Shown: positions 49,038 to 61,271 of the stretch, piece by piece
How positions within the stretch are numbered: position 1 is the first letter of the stretch
Layout of the letters: each line of letters starts with the position of its first letter
Assembly (NCBI GenBank): GCA_964607485.1
Contig: CAZSKP010000008.1
Span: 81,478-145,477 of the forward strand
DNA: 64,000 bases
Reading direction: 5' to 3'
Source: an uncultured bacterium
GTDB lineage: Bacteria > Abyssobacteria > SURF-5
Notes under the pieces: model-generated
What the model saw: the letters and a program-made list of their open reading frames with translations, nothing else
Database searches by the model: none
Told to the model about the DNA's origin: nothing
Position numbers and translations under genes: made by a program

Positions 49038-49069
49038 GGCGTCCGGGAATACCCCGAAGGGCGCGCTCG

Positions 49070-50563
49070 ATGGAACAAAAACAGGATTTATACAGGCAGC
49101 GTCTCGAAAAGCTCGCTCGCATACGCGAGGCGGGGGAAGAGCCGTTCAAATACTCCTATCCCCGCACGCATACGGTCGAACGGGCTTACGAAGACTACGA
49201 AAAGCGCAAAGACGACGACTCCGGCGTTCGCGTGAAACTGGCCGGCAGGCTGGTCGCGCTGCGTTTGCATGGCAAGAGCACCTTCGCCGACCTGCGGGAC
49301 GATACGGGCAAAATCCAGCTCTTCTTCGGGCTGCAAGATCTGGGTGAAAAGCGGTACGAGTTCCTCACCAAGCTGGTGAACATAGGCGATTTTCTCGGAG
49401 TCGAGGGAAGCGTCTTCACCACTCGCACGAAGCAGGTAACGGTCAGGGTGGAAGATTTCTCGCTGCTGTCGAAAACGCTCCGGCCGCTGCCCGAGAAATG
49501 GCACGGCCTCAAGGACGTGGAGATTCGTCTGCGCCAACGGTACCTCGACCTGCTGTCGAACGACGAAGTGAAGACCGTGTTCCGCAGGCGCAGCCAGGTG
49601 ATAAAGAGCATCAGGGATTTCCTCGACGCGCGCGGATACATCGAGGTCGAGACGCCCATGCTTCATCCCATCCCCGGCGGCGCGACGGCGAGGCCGTTCG
49701 TAACTCACCACAACGCGCTCGACAGAGACCTCTACCTCAGGGTCGCCCCGGAGCTTTACCTGAAGCGGCTCCTGGTGGGCGGCTTCGAGAAGGTGTACGA
49801 GATAAATCGCAACTTCCGCAACGAGGGCCTCTCCCAGCGGCACAATCCTGAGTTCACGATGCTGGAGCTCTACCACGCATACGTGGACTACGAAGCCGTC
49901 ATGGAACTCGTCGAGGAGATGATAAACCACGTGGTGAAGGCCGTCACTGGCGGCCACACGCTGGTGTATCAGGGCAGCGAGATAAACCTCCGGCCGCCCT
50001 GGCCGAGGGTGGCGTTTTTTGAAGCCATACGCGAATACGCGGGCGTCGATATGGAGACGGTCGCCGACGCAGCCGCGGCGCGCGAGGCCGTCGCGCATCT
50101 GAAACTTGAAATGGAAGAAAATGCCGGTTACGGAAAAATCTGCGACGAGCTTCTGAAGACGTACGTCGTCCCCAACTTGATTGCGCCCACGTTCATAATA
50201 GACCACCCCGTCGAGCTCTCGCCGCTCACGAAGGGGAAAAGGGACAACCCCCGGCTCACCGAACGGTTTCAGCCGTACATCGGAGGGCTGGAGATAGGAA
50301 ACGCCTTCTCCGAACTGAACGACCCGCTGGAGCAGAGGACGAGGTTCGAGCAGCAGATGAAACTCCGCGAAGGCGGCGACGACGAAGCTCAGACGCTCGA
50401 CGAAGATTTCCTCGCCGCGCTCGAATACGGCATGCCGCCGGCGGGCGGGCTCGGAATCGGGATCGACAGGCTGGTGATGTTGTTGACGGATTCCGCAACG
50501 ATAAAAGAGGTCATATTGTTCCCCCAGCTCAGGACGGTTTCCGACACGGTCACAGAGGAGTGA
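49070..50563 (+). CDS. lysS: Lysine-tRNA ligase (class II)
   Basis: RQRYLDL, FRNEG..HNPEFTMLE and GMPPAGGLGIGIDRL motifs. Confidence 0.98.
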   Translation: MEQKQDLYRQRLEKLARIREAGEEPFKYSYPRTHTVERAYEDYEKRKDDDSGVRVKLAGRLVALRLHGKSTFADLRDDTGKIQLFFGLQDLGEKRYEFLTKLVNIGDFLGVEGSVFTTRTKQVTVRVEDFSLLSKTLRPLPEKWHGLKDVEIRLRQRYLDLLSNDEVKTVFRRRSQVIKSIRDFLDARGYIEVETPMLHPIPGGATARPFVTHHNALDRDLYLRVAPELYLKRLLVGGFEKVYEINRNFRNEGLSQRHNPEFTMLELYHAYVDYEAVMELVEEMINHVVKAVTGGHTLVYQGSEINLRPPWPRVAFFEAIREYAGVDMETVADAAAAREAVAHLKLEMEENAGYGKICDELLKTYVVPNLIAPTFIIDHPVELSPLTKGKRDNPRLTERFQPYIGGLEIGNAFSELNDPLEQRTRFEQQMKLREGGDDEAQTLDEDFLAALEYGMPPAGGLGIGIDRLVMLLTDSATIKEVILFPQLRTVSDTVTEE

Positions 50564-50566
50564 TGA

Positions 50567-51787
50567 ATGCGGTTCGAGCTCTTTGTGGGATTCCGCTATC
50601 TCAGGGGGAAGCGCAGGAACGCGTTCATCTCGCTCATCACGCTCTTCTCCATATTCGGAGTGATGATAGGGGTGATGACGCTTATCGTGGTGCTCGGAGT
50701 GATGACGGGCTTCGACAAGAGGCTGTTCAAGACGGTGCTCGGAACGACATCGCACATCGTGGTGAGCGCCGACGGCGGCATCGAGAATTACGAGCACCTG
50801 ATACGCGAGCTGAAGGCCATGCCGCAAGTAGTGGAGGCCGCGCCGTTTTTCGCGGGCCAGGTGCTCATCCGCTCCGACGACAGCGTGCTCGGCGCCGCCA
50901 TACGGGGAGTCGTCCCCAAGGAAGAACAGAAGGTGTCCGACTTCGCCCAGTACCTCAGCGGAACCCTGACCGACGACGGCATAGTATTGGGCACAGAACT
51001 TGCAAGACAATTACACGTTACGCCCGGCGACACCGTCAAGGTGATTTCGCCCTACTTCGTTTCCACTCCGATGGGCGAGGTACCATATAAGAAAACGCTT
51101 GAGGTGACTGGACTTTACACTTCCGGGATGTACGAGTACGACGCCTCGTTCTGCTTTGTCACGCTTGCGCAGGCGCAGCGCCTTTTCGGGGTCGAGGGAA
51201 CAATCGCGGGCATCGAGGTGAAGATAAAAGACCCGTTCAAGGCCGGGACGGTCGCCCTGGAGATTTCGAGGAAGCTGGGGAAAAACTACTGGGCCAGGAG
51301 CTGGATGGACCTGAACCGGACGTTTCTGGCCGCTCTCAGGCACGAAAAAATTATCATGGCGGTCATACTCGTGCTCATCATCGTGGTGGCGGCGTTCAAC
51401 ATCGCCAGCACCCTCATAATGGTCGTCATGGAGAAGACGCGCGACATCGGCATACTGAAATCGATAGGCGCCTCGATGACAAGCATTAAGCTGATCTTCG
51501 TCATAGACGGCCTGCTGGTGGGGGCTATCGGAACCTTCTTCGGCGTGACGCTGGGCTATGCACTTGCTAATTCCCTCGATTCGGTGGTAAACTTTATGGG
51601 GAGGGTTGCAGGTATCGAACTCTTTCCCAGCACGATATATTACTTCGACAAGATACCGGTCGACACGAGCGTTTTCGACACATGTTGGATTGCCGGAAGC
51701 GCGATCGCACTGAGCCTTTTGGCCTCTCTTTATCCAGCCTGGCAGGCGTCGAAGCTTAACCCTGTCGAGGCATTGCGTTATGAATGA
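50567..51787 (+). CDS. lolE: Lipoprotein-releasing ABC transporter permease LolC/E
   Basis: VAAFNIASTL, IGILKSIGA and YPAWQASKLNPVEALRYE motifs. Confidence 0.9.
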   Translation: MRFELFVGFRYLRGKRRNAFISLITLFSIFGVMIGVMTLIVVLGVMTGFDKRLFKTVLGTTSHIVVSADGGIENYEHLIRELKAMPQVVEAAPFFAGQVLIRSDDSVLGAAIRGVVPKEEQKVSDFAQYLSGTLTDDGIVLGTELARQLHVTPGDTVKVISPYFVSTPMGEVPYKKTLEVTGLYTSGMYEYDASFCFVTLAQAQRLFGVEGTIAGIEVKIKDPFKAGTVALEISRKLGKNYWARSWMDLNRTFLAALRHEKIIMAVILVLIIVVAAFNIASTLIMVVMEKTRDIGILKSIGASMTSIKLIFVIDGLLVGAIGTFFGVTLGYALANSLDSVVNFMGRVAGIELFPSTIYYFDKIPVDTSVFDTCWIAGSAIALSLLASLYPAWQASKLNPVEALRYE

Positions 51788-52454
51788 GCTGATCAGAGCC
51801 GAAGGACTCACGAAAGTGTATCGCTCCGGCGGCGCCGAACTGGAGGTGCTCAAAGGGATAGACCTCACCATCGGGAAGGGAGAGCAGGTGGCGATTCACG
51901 GCCCCTCGGGAGTGGGCAAGAGCACGCTGCTTCATATCCTCGGGACTCTCGACAGGCCCACGAGCGGCACGCTCAGCTACGGAGACATCAGCATAAACCG
52001 CCTCGGCGAGAAGGCGCTCGCGAGGCTCCGCAACGAGCGAATCGGCTTCATATTTCAATTCTACCACCTGCTGCCGGAATTCACGGCGCTGGAAAACGTG
52101 CTTCTCCCCGCGATGGTGAACGGAAAGCGGATGAAAGATGCGCGCGACAGGGCGCGCCGGCTGCTGCATTCGGTCGGGCTCAGCGAAAGGGAGACGCACA
52201 AGCCCGACGCCCTCTCGGGCGGCGAACAGCAGCGGGTGGCCATCGCGCGGGCTCTCATGAACGGACCCGAGGTGGTATTCGCCGATGAGCCGACCGGAAA
52301 TCTGGACGAGAAGACGAGCAGCGAGATGTACGAATTGATACGACACTTGAACGAGGAATATGGAACGACGTTTGTCATTGTCACGCACGAGCCGTCCCTC
52401 GCACGCGCGGCCAATCGTTCGCTCCACATGGTTGACGGCCGAATAGAAGGGTGA
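51780..52454 (+). CDS. lolD: Lipoprotein-releasing ABC ATPase
   Basis: GPSGVGKS, GFIFQFYHLL, LSGGEQQR and DEPTGNLD motifs. Confidence 0.92.
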   Translation: MNELIRAEGLTKVYRSGGAELEVLKGIDLTIGKGEQVAIHGPSGVGKSTLLHILGTLDRPTSGTLSYGDISINRLGEKALARLRNERIGFIFQFYHLLPEFTALENVLLPAMVNGKRMKDARDRARRLLHSVGLSERETHKPDALSGGEQQRVAIARALMNGPEVVFADEPTGNLDEKTSSEMYELIRHLNEEYGTTFVIVTHEPSLARAANRSLHMVDGRIEG

Positions 52455-52464
52455 GACGGGCAAG

Positions 52465-52959
52465 ATGATTTGTCACATGTGCAAAGACAAGGTGGCCACC
52501 ATCCGGCTCAAGGAAATAGTGAACAACGTGGTGACCGAGCTGCACCTGTGTGAGGAATGCTTCGAACTCCGAGAGCGGAGGGAGGGCTCCGTCCCGACCG
52601 CCTCTCCGAGCAAGATGCTCGACTCACTGACGGACCCGGAGAAAAAGAGGACCAGGGGCAAGGCCAAACCCCGAAAATGTCCCGGGTGCGGAACTCTGGA
52701 GGACCAATTCCGGGCCAAGGGAAGGCTCGGCTGCGCCCGTTGCTACGAGACGTTCTCCAAATCGCTGGACACCATCGTGAGCAGGATCCACAATTCGACC
52801 GAGCATCGGGGCAAGGTTCCCCGGCAGGCCGCGAGGAGCCTCGACCTCAAGACCGAGATGAGACGGTTGCAGCAGGACTTGCAGAGGGCGATCATTTCGG
52901 AAAACTACGAGCGCGCCGCAAAGCTGAGAGACAAGATAAAACAGTACGAAAACATGTGA
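52465..52959 (+). CDS. mcsA: McsA activator (CxxC motifs plus UVR domain)
   Basis: Four CxxC motifs, HRGKVP and ENYERAAKLRD. Confidence 0.9.
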   Translation: MICHMCKDKVATIRLKEIVNNVVTELHLCEECFELRERREGSVPTASPSKMLDSLTDPEKKRTRGKAKPRKCPGCGTLEDQFRAKGRLGCARCYETFSKSLDTIVSRIHNSTEHRGKVPRQAARSLDLKTEMRRLQQDLQRAIISENYERAAKLRDKIKQYENM

Positions 52960-52993
52960 CGGGCCAGAACGGACCCGACGGAACGACAAGAGA

Positions 52994-54049
52994 ATGTTCG
53001 AGCAGATGGTATCAAGCATCGGTCATTGGCTCAAAGACAAAGGGCCAGATTCCGATATAGTGTTCAGCAGCCGCATCAGGCTGGCGAGGAATCTGAAGGG
53101 ATTCCCTTTCTCCAGCCATTGCAGCGAACAACAACTGCGCGACATCATATCGCTGGCGAGAAGCTGCTCGAACCGATGCACCCGGCTGAAAGGGGCGAAA
53201 TATTACAGTTTCAAAGACATGGCCATGATCGACCGCCAATTCCTGATGGAGCGGTTCCTGATAAGCCGCGAGCTCGCGCAGAGCGCGGGCGAAAAGGGGG
53301 TCATCGTGGACGGCTCGGAGCGCATAAGCCTCATGATAAACGAAGAGGACCACCTGCGCATGCAGGTGCTCCGCTCGGGACTCCTCCTGGCCGAGGCGTG
53401 GGAGGAGCTGAACGCGATCGACGACGAGCTGGACAATTATCTCGACTTCGCCTTCGAGGAGCCGTGGGGCTACCTGACGGCGTGCGTCTCCAACGCCGGC
53501 ACCGCGCTTCGCTCCTCGGTCATGATACATCTGCCCGCGCTCATCATGACGAAACGCATCGTCAACATCCTGCAGACCGTGAGCAAGCTGCAGCTCGCCA
53601 TACGGGGCCTGCACGGCGAGGGCTCCGAGATGCTGGGCGACTATTTTCAGATATCCAACCAGGTCACCCTCGGCAAGCCTGAGGACGAGATCGTCGAGAT
53701 GACGGAAAAACTCACGCGGCAGCTCATCGAACAGGAACGGAGCGCCCGGGAAGACCTGATGAAGAAGGAAAGGACAATCGTCGAGGACAAGGTCGGCAGG
53801 GCCATCGGCATACTCTCGGGCGCGAAGATACTCAGCACCCGCGAGGCGATGGAGATGCTGTCGAGCATAAGGCTGGGCATATACTGCGGAATGGTTCCCG
53901 GCATCAATCCGGAGACGCTCGACGCCCTGTTGATAGAGATGCAGCCGGCGCACCTGCAGAAGCGCTTTCCGAAGCATCTGGACCCTCTTGCGCGCGACAT
54001 TGAGCGTGCAAAACTTATAAAGGAAGCACTTAAATACGGAGAGGGGTGA
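52994..54049 (+). CDS. mcsB: Protein arginine kinase
   Basis: SSRIRLARN, NEEDHLR and QISNQVTLG motifs. Confidence 0.95.
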   Translation: MFEQMVSSIGHWLKDKGPDSDIVFSSRIRLARNLKGFPFSSHCSEQQLRDIISLARSCSNRCTRLKGAKYYSFKDMAMIDRQFLMERFLISRELAQSAGEKGVIVDGSERISLMINEEDHLRMQVLRSGLLLAEAWEELNAIDDELDNYLDFAFEEPWGYLTACVSNAGTALRSSVMIHLPALIMTKRIVNILQTVSKLQLAIRGLHGEGSEMLGDYFQISNQVTLGKPEDEIVEMTEKLTRQLIEQERSAREDLMKKERTIVEDKVGRAIGILSGAKILSTREAMEMLSSIRLGIYCGMVPGINPETLDALLIEMQPAHLQKRFPKHLDPLARDIERAKLIKEALKYGEG

Positions 54050-54055
54050 TATCGC

Positions 54056-56533
<2,478 letters not shown>

Positions 56534-56618
56534 ACCCTGTTCGAAATTGAGGCCCCGCACAACAGCAGACGTCAATCCAAACCTCCGGGGCTTGAGCTGA
56601 CTCGAAAGGCTTCGCAGA

Positions 56619-58904
56619 TTGAAACCCTCGAACTTGTGTTGGCTTCTCCGGTGCACTGTTCTGCCTGTTCTGCTCCTTCTGCTCTCATCCCCGGGCTTCG
56701 CCCAGTCCGAAGAAGGGCTCCCCGTGGTTTCCGTCCAGATTGAGGGAAACCAGATCGTCAGCGCGCAGCTCATACGCGCGCAGCTCAGAGTCAGGGAGGG
56801 CAAGCCGTTCGCCCGTTCCGATGTCCAGAAGGACATAGCCCGGCTGTTTTCCCTCGGATACTTCTCAGACATCAAAGCCGATGTGTCCCGGAAGGACAAC
56901 GGCGTGGCGGTTACGTACATCGTGAGCGAGAGGAAGATAGTCCGCGAGGTGCTCATCCTGGGCAACAAGAGGATCAAAGAGGCAGACATAAGGGCCGCCA
57001 TATCCCTGAGGCGGGGCGACACGTACATACCCAAGTCGCTCGAAAAGGACATCGCCGCCATTCAGGCCGTGTACAGCAAGAAGGGCTATTCCGAGACTAC
57101 CGTCACTGCCAGCTACCGCGAGATCAGCCCCACCGAGGTCGAGGTAGTCTATGAAATAACCGAAGGCCAGAAGGCGAGGGTGCGGCAGATAAAAATCGAG
57201 AACAACACGGCGCTCAGCGACAAGGCCATTCGGAAGAAGATGCGGACGAAGGCGCGATTCCTCTGGTTCGGGGGCGTCTTCGACGAGGACGTGCTCAACC
57301 AGGACCTCGAGGCGATAAAGAGCCTCTACGCCGACCACGGCTACATCGATGCCCGGGTCACCGACGCCAAGGTGGAATTCTTCGCAAAAGGCAAGCGGGT
57401 GAGAATCAAGATATTCGTCGATGAAGGCGACCAGTATTTCATCGACTCGATTCAGGTGGACGGCAACAGCATTTTCGACGACGCCCGGCTTCTGCGGCTC
57501 ACCAAGAGTGAGCCGGGCAGCTATTACAACCGCAGTCAGGCGGAAATGGACGCGTTCGAAATCCAGGACTTTTACTCCGACGAGGGATACATTCTCGCCA
57601 GCGTGAGGCCGCGCCCGGCGATAGACAAGGAAAAAAGAGAAGTCGGGATCACGTACCAGGTGACCGAACGCGACCTCATCTACGTCGCCAAAGTGGACAT
57701 AGAAGGAAACGTGAAAACGAAGGATGCGGTCATAAGGCGCGAGCTGACGATAACGCCCGGCGAGCGGTTCGACGGGGGCATGATCAGGCGCAGCAGGCAG
57801 AAGCTGCTCAATACCCAGTTCTACAAGGACGTGTACATAAGCACCGAAGCCACCGACCGGCCGAAATACCGCGACCTGGTATTCGAAGTGGAGGAACAGA
57901 AGACCGGCCAGTTCAACTTCGGCGCCGGGTACAGCTCAAACGACGCGCTGATCGGCCAGATCCAGATTTCGCAGAACAATTTCGACCTTTTCAACCCGCC
58001 CACCTTCACGGGAGCGGGCCAGAAGCTCAACCTGGCCGCGAGGCCCGGCACGGTCCTGAGCGAATACCGGCTCAGCCTCATGGAGCCCTACTTCATGGGC
58101 TACCCGTTCGCGGCCGGTTTCGACCTCTATTATATAGACAGGGAATACAGCGAGTACGACCAGACGACCTCCGGCATCGGCCTCAGGACGGGGAAAAGGA
58201 TAACGGATTTCAGCTCGCTCGGCCTGAGCTACACGTTTTCCACGTACGACATATCCAACGTGGACGACGACGCTCCCCAGACGATAAAGGACGAGGAAGG
58301 CAGCCGCACGAAGAGCAGCATGACCCTCAGCTTCACCAACGATACACGCGACAGTTACATAGACCCGACGACCGGCCACAGATACACGGCCGCCTTCGAG
58401 CTGGCCGGAGGACCGTTCGGGGCGGAGACGGATTTCGCCAAACTGCTGGGGGAAGCCCGGTGGTACAAGCCCCTCACCGAGAAGTTCGTCCTCATGACAC
58501 GTCTCGAAGCCGGGGTCATCGAAGAATATGGCGATTCCCATTTCGTTCCGCTGTTCGAGCGGTTCTTCGCAGGTGGCTCGAATTCGGTGCGCGGGTACGA
58601 TTACAGAGATGTGGGCCCGCGCGAGAACGGAGACCCCATCGGCGGAAAGTCGAAGATGGAGGGCACGCTGGAGCTTTCCTATCCGCTGGTTCAGATCATC
58701 AAAGCCTACGCCTTCTTCGACTTCGGGCAGGTATGGAGGGATATCGACGAATTCGGGCAGGACAAGATAAATACATCGGTCGGGCTGGGCGTCGGGCTCC
58801 GAACGCCCGTCGGCCCCATCAGGCTCGACTACGGATATCCGCTGAACCCCGACGATGACCAAGGAAGCGGACGACTCCATTTCAGCACCGGCATCAGTTT
58901 CTGA
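56619..58904 (+). CDS. bamA: Outer membrane protein assembly factor BamA
   Basis: POTRA repeats, VRGY, TPVGPIRLDYG and terminal F. Confidence 0.96.
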   Translation: MKPSNLCWLLRCTVLPVLLLLLSSPGFAQSEEGLPVVSVQIEGNQIVSAQLIRAQLRVREGKPFARSDVQKDIARLFSLGYFSDIKADVSRKDNGVAVTYIVSERKIVREVLILGNKRIKEADIRAAISLRRGDTYIPKSLEKDIAAIQAVYSKKGYSETTVTASYREISPTEVEVVYEITEGQKARVRQIKIENNTALSDKAIRKKMRTKARFLWFGGVFDEDVLNQDLEAIKSLYADHGYIDARVTDAKVEFFAKGKRVRIKIFVDEGDQYFIDSIQVDGNSIFDDARLLRLTKSEPGSYYNRSQAEMDAFEIQDFYSDEGYILASVRPRPAIDKEKREVGITYQVTERDLIYVAKVDIEGNVKTKDAVIRRELTITPGERFDGGMIRRSRQKLLNTQFYKDVYISTEATDRPKYRDLVFEVEEQKTGQFNFGAGYSSNDALIGQIQISQNNFDLFNPPTFTGAGQKLNLAARPGTVLSEYRLSLMEPYFMGYPFAAGFDLYYIDREYSEYDQTTSGIGLRTGKRITDFSSLGLSYTFSTYDISNVDDDAPQTIKDEEGSRTKSSMTLSFTNDTRDSYIDPTTGHRYTAAFELAGGPFGAETDFAKLLGEARWYKPLTEKFVLMTRLEAGVIEEYGDSHFVPLFERFFAGGSNSVRGYDYRDVGPRENGDPIGGKSKMEGTLELSYPLVQIIKAYAFFDFGQVWRDIDEFGQDKINTSVGLGVGLRTPVGPIRLDYGYPLNPDDDQGSGRLHFSTGISF

Positions 58905-58916
58905 TCGAGATTTCGC

Positions 58917-58945
58917 TTGCAAATCCGGGCAGGCCTTGCTATAAT
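58917..58945 (+). promoter_or_regulatory. Sigma70 promoter for skp-lpx genes
   Basis: TTGCAA-17-TATAAT with an extended -10 TG. Confidence 0.65.
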
Positions 58946-59033
58946 AATGTATAAAGAATTGAGTTACCTCTTAATCCTGCCTCTTGACCAAGCGCGTTGA
59001 CTCGACAATAGAGCGCATAAACCCGTTCGATCC

Positions 59034-59588
59034 GTGCATCATTTCGGTTCATATCGCAATGCCCTCCGCGCAGCCATCGCGGCATGCGCACTGTGGTTCT
59101 TCCTTTGCGCTGCCACGCCGGCGAAAGAGGAGAAGCCCAGGGTCGAAACCAGGCTGGGAGTCGCGGACGTGGAACAAGTCCTGCGCAACTACTGGCGTAC
59201 CCCGAGGGTGAGGGCGGAGTTGGAGCAGTACAAGACGAGCGAGGAGTTCCGACGCAAGCAGGCGGAGGTGGCCGAGCTCGAGCGAGAGCTCGCGGGCCAA
59301 CACTTCTGGTTCCTGCGGCGCAAGCAGGTCAGCGAAGAGATCCAGGCGAAGCGGAACGAACTGAAGAGCATGGGGGAGAAGGAAGCCGAACGAGCCAGGG
59401 AAAGGGAAAAGGAGGCGGTCGAGGGGCTCATGACGGACATCAGGGGAGCGGCGGCGACAATTGGCCGTGAACAGCAGTTGACCGTCATATTCGACAGCAA
59501 TACCCCTCACATACTGTTTATTAACACGCGTGGCAACGGTACCAGCGACGTCACCGACGCGCTGATTGAGAACTTGAGCTGGAGGTAG
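59034..59588 (+). CDS. OmpH/Skp-like chaperone (divergent paralogue)
   Basis: Signal peptide, LGVADVEQVL, coiled coil and DVTDALI. Confidence 0.75.
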   Translation: MHHFGSYRNALRAAIAACALWFFLCAATPAKEEKPRVETRLGVADVEQVLRNYWRTPRVRAELEQYKTSEEFRRKQAEVAELERELAGQHFWFLRRKQVSEEIQAKRNELKSMGEKEAERAREREKEAVEGLMTDIRGAAATIGREQQLTVIFDSNTPHILFINTRGNGTSDVTDALIENLSWR

Positions 59589-59638
59589 TCGTTGACCTTA
59601 CTCACTGAAAGGTTCGGTCCCGGAAAAGGGAGGATGGT

Positions 59639-60193
59639 ATGCTGATTCAACGAAGGTGCTCGCGAAGCCGAACGACGGGGCTTGTGGCCCTCGTAGTGAC
59701 GGCGCTTCTGCTTGCGGTTCCCACCGGCCGGGCGCTGGCGGCGGAACAGGTGAAGATTGGGTATATCGACCTTGACAGAGTGGTGCAGGCCGTCGCAAAG
59801 CAGACTCCGGAATACGAAGAACTCGACAAGGAACTCGAAAAAAGGCGGGCCGAGGTGGAGAGACGCCGGGCCGAGATAAACGGACTGGAAGAGCAGCTCA
59901 AGGCCAACCGTGTCATCTGGTCCGAGGACAAGAGCAAGGAACAGGAGAAACTGATTCGGGACAAGGTCGACGACCTCAAGGTATATTCTGAAGGCGCGCA
60001 GCGGTTTCGCGACGTTGAGGAAAATAAGATACTGCGGAGGCTCCTCCCCGAAATAGCCAAAGTGGTGAGGAGAGTGGGTGAACGGGACGGTTACAGCATG
60101 ATATTTGAAAGAAGGATCCTGCTCTACGGTTCGCCCAACTTCGACCTCACCGACGTCATCATAAAAGAGATGAGCGCAAACAGTGGGGAATAG
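59639..60193 (+). CDS. skp: OmpH/Skp chaperone
   Basis: KIGYIDLDRV, GYSMIF and DLTDVII motifs. Confidence 0.88.
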   Translation: MLIQRRCSRSRTTGLVALVVTALLLAVPTGRALAAEQVKIGYIDLDRVVQAVAKQTPEYEELDKELEKRRAEVERRRAEINGLEEQLKANRVIWSEDKSKEQEKLIRDKVDDLKVYSEGAQRFRDVEENKILRRLLPEIAKVVRRVGERDGYSMIFERRILLYGSPNFDLTDVIIKEMSANSGE

Positions 60194-60224
60194 GAACCCC
60201 TCACTCGGCGCGTGAGCCAAGTCC

Positions 60225-61271
60225 ATGCAGAAGAGCCTTGCCGAAATCGCACAGTTCGTCACCGGAGTGGTGGAGGGCGACGAGAGCGTCGTCATCACCG
60301 GGGTCGCCGGAATCAAGGATGCCGGGCCGGGAGATATCACCTTCCTGGCGAATCCCAAGTATCTTCCACTGCTCCCGACCACGCGGGCCTCGGCCGTAAT
60401 CGTCGGGCCCGACGCGCCGGCCTGCGACAGAAACCTGGTCCGAACGGAACACCCGTATCTTGCGTTCACGCAGGTGCTCAAGCTGTTTGCGGTCCAGTTG
60501 CCGGTCCCGAAGGGGATTCACCCCGCCTCGATAATAGGACAGGACGTCTCTCTGGGCGAGGATGTAGGCCTCCACGCGGGGGTCGTTCTGGATGACGGCT
60601 GCAAGGTCGGGGCGCGCTCGGTGCTCTACCCCGGCGTGTGCGTCGGCCGCGGGTCGGAGATCGGCGCGGACTGCACGATATATTCGCGAGTCGTAATCTC
60701 TGAGAATGCATTCATCGGGAACAACGTGATAATCCACATAGGCGCCATCGTCGGTGGCCAGCCTCAGTCCGACCTGATACCGGCCGACGGGGCCGACGCA
60801 ATCTCGGGGAAAACCATGATCGTCGAGGATGATGTCGAGATAGGCGCCAACGTCACAATCGACGGTTCCCACACCGGCGCGACCGTCATCGGGCAGGGCA
60901 CAAAGATTGACAACCTCGTCCACATCGGCAGCGGCGCGACGGTGGGACGCAACTGCATAATCGTCTCGCACGCCCGCGTGGGGGCGAGATGCAGGGTGGG
61001 GGACGGCGTCACCATAGCGGGACAGGCCAGCATATTCGACGGCGTCGCGGTAGGCGAGGGAACCATAGTCGCCGCCAGAGCGGGGGTGACCGAAGACGTG
61101 GCGGCCAACCAGATCGTCTCCGGTTTTCCGGCATCGAATCACGAAAAATGGCTGCGCATATATGCGAGCATGAACCGGCTTCCGGCCATGGTCCGCGACA
61201 TCCGCGACTTCCAGAAACGCCTCGGCAGGATGGAAGGTCTGAAGAATGCCGAAACAGAAGACCATAAATAA
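60225..61271 (+). CDS. lpxD: LpxD-like acyltransferase with an atypical active site
   Basis: ITFLANPKY, PYLAF and hexapeptide repeats; KIDNLVHIGS in place of KIDN.VQIAHN. Confidence 0.85.
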   Translation: MQKSLAEIAQFVTGVVEGDESVVITGVAGIKDAGPGDITFLANPKYLPLLPTTRASAVIVGPDAPACDRNLVRTEHPYLAFTQVLKLFAVQLPVPKGIHPASIIGQDVSLGEDVGLHAGVVLDDGCKVGARSVLYPGVCVGRGSEIGADCTIYSRVVISENAFIGNNVIIHIGAIVGGQPQSDLIPADGADAISGKTMIVEDDVEIGANVTIDGSHTGATVIGQGTKIDNLVHIGSGATVGRNCIIVSHARVGARCRVGDGVTIAGQASIFDGVAVGEGTIVAARAGVTEDVAANQIVSGFPASNHEKWLRIYASMNRLPAMVRDIRDFQKRLGRMEGLKNAETEDHK

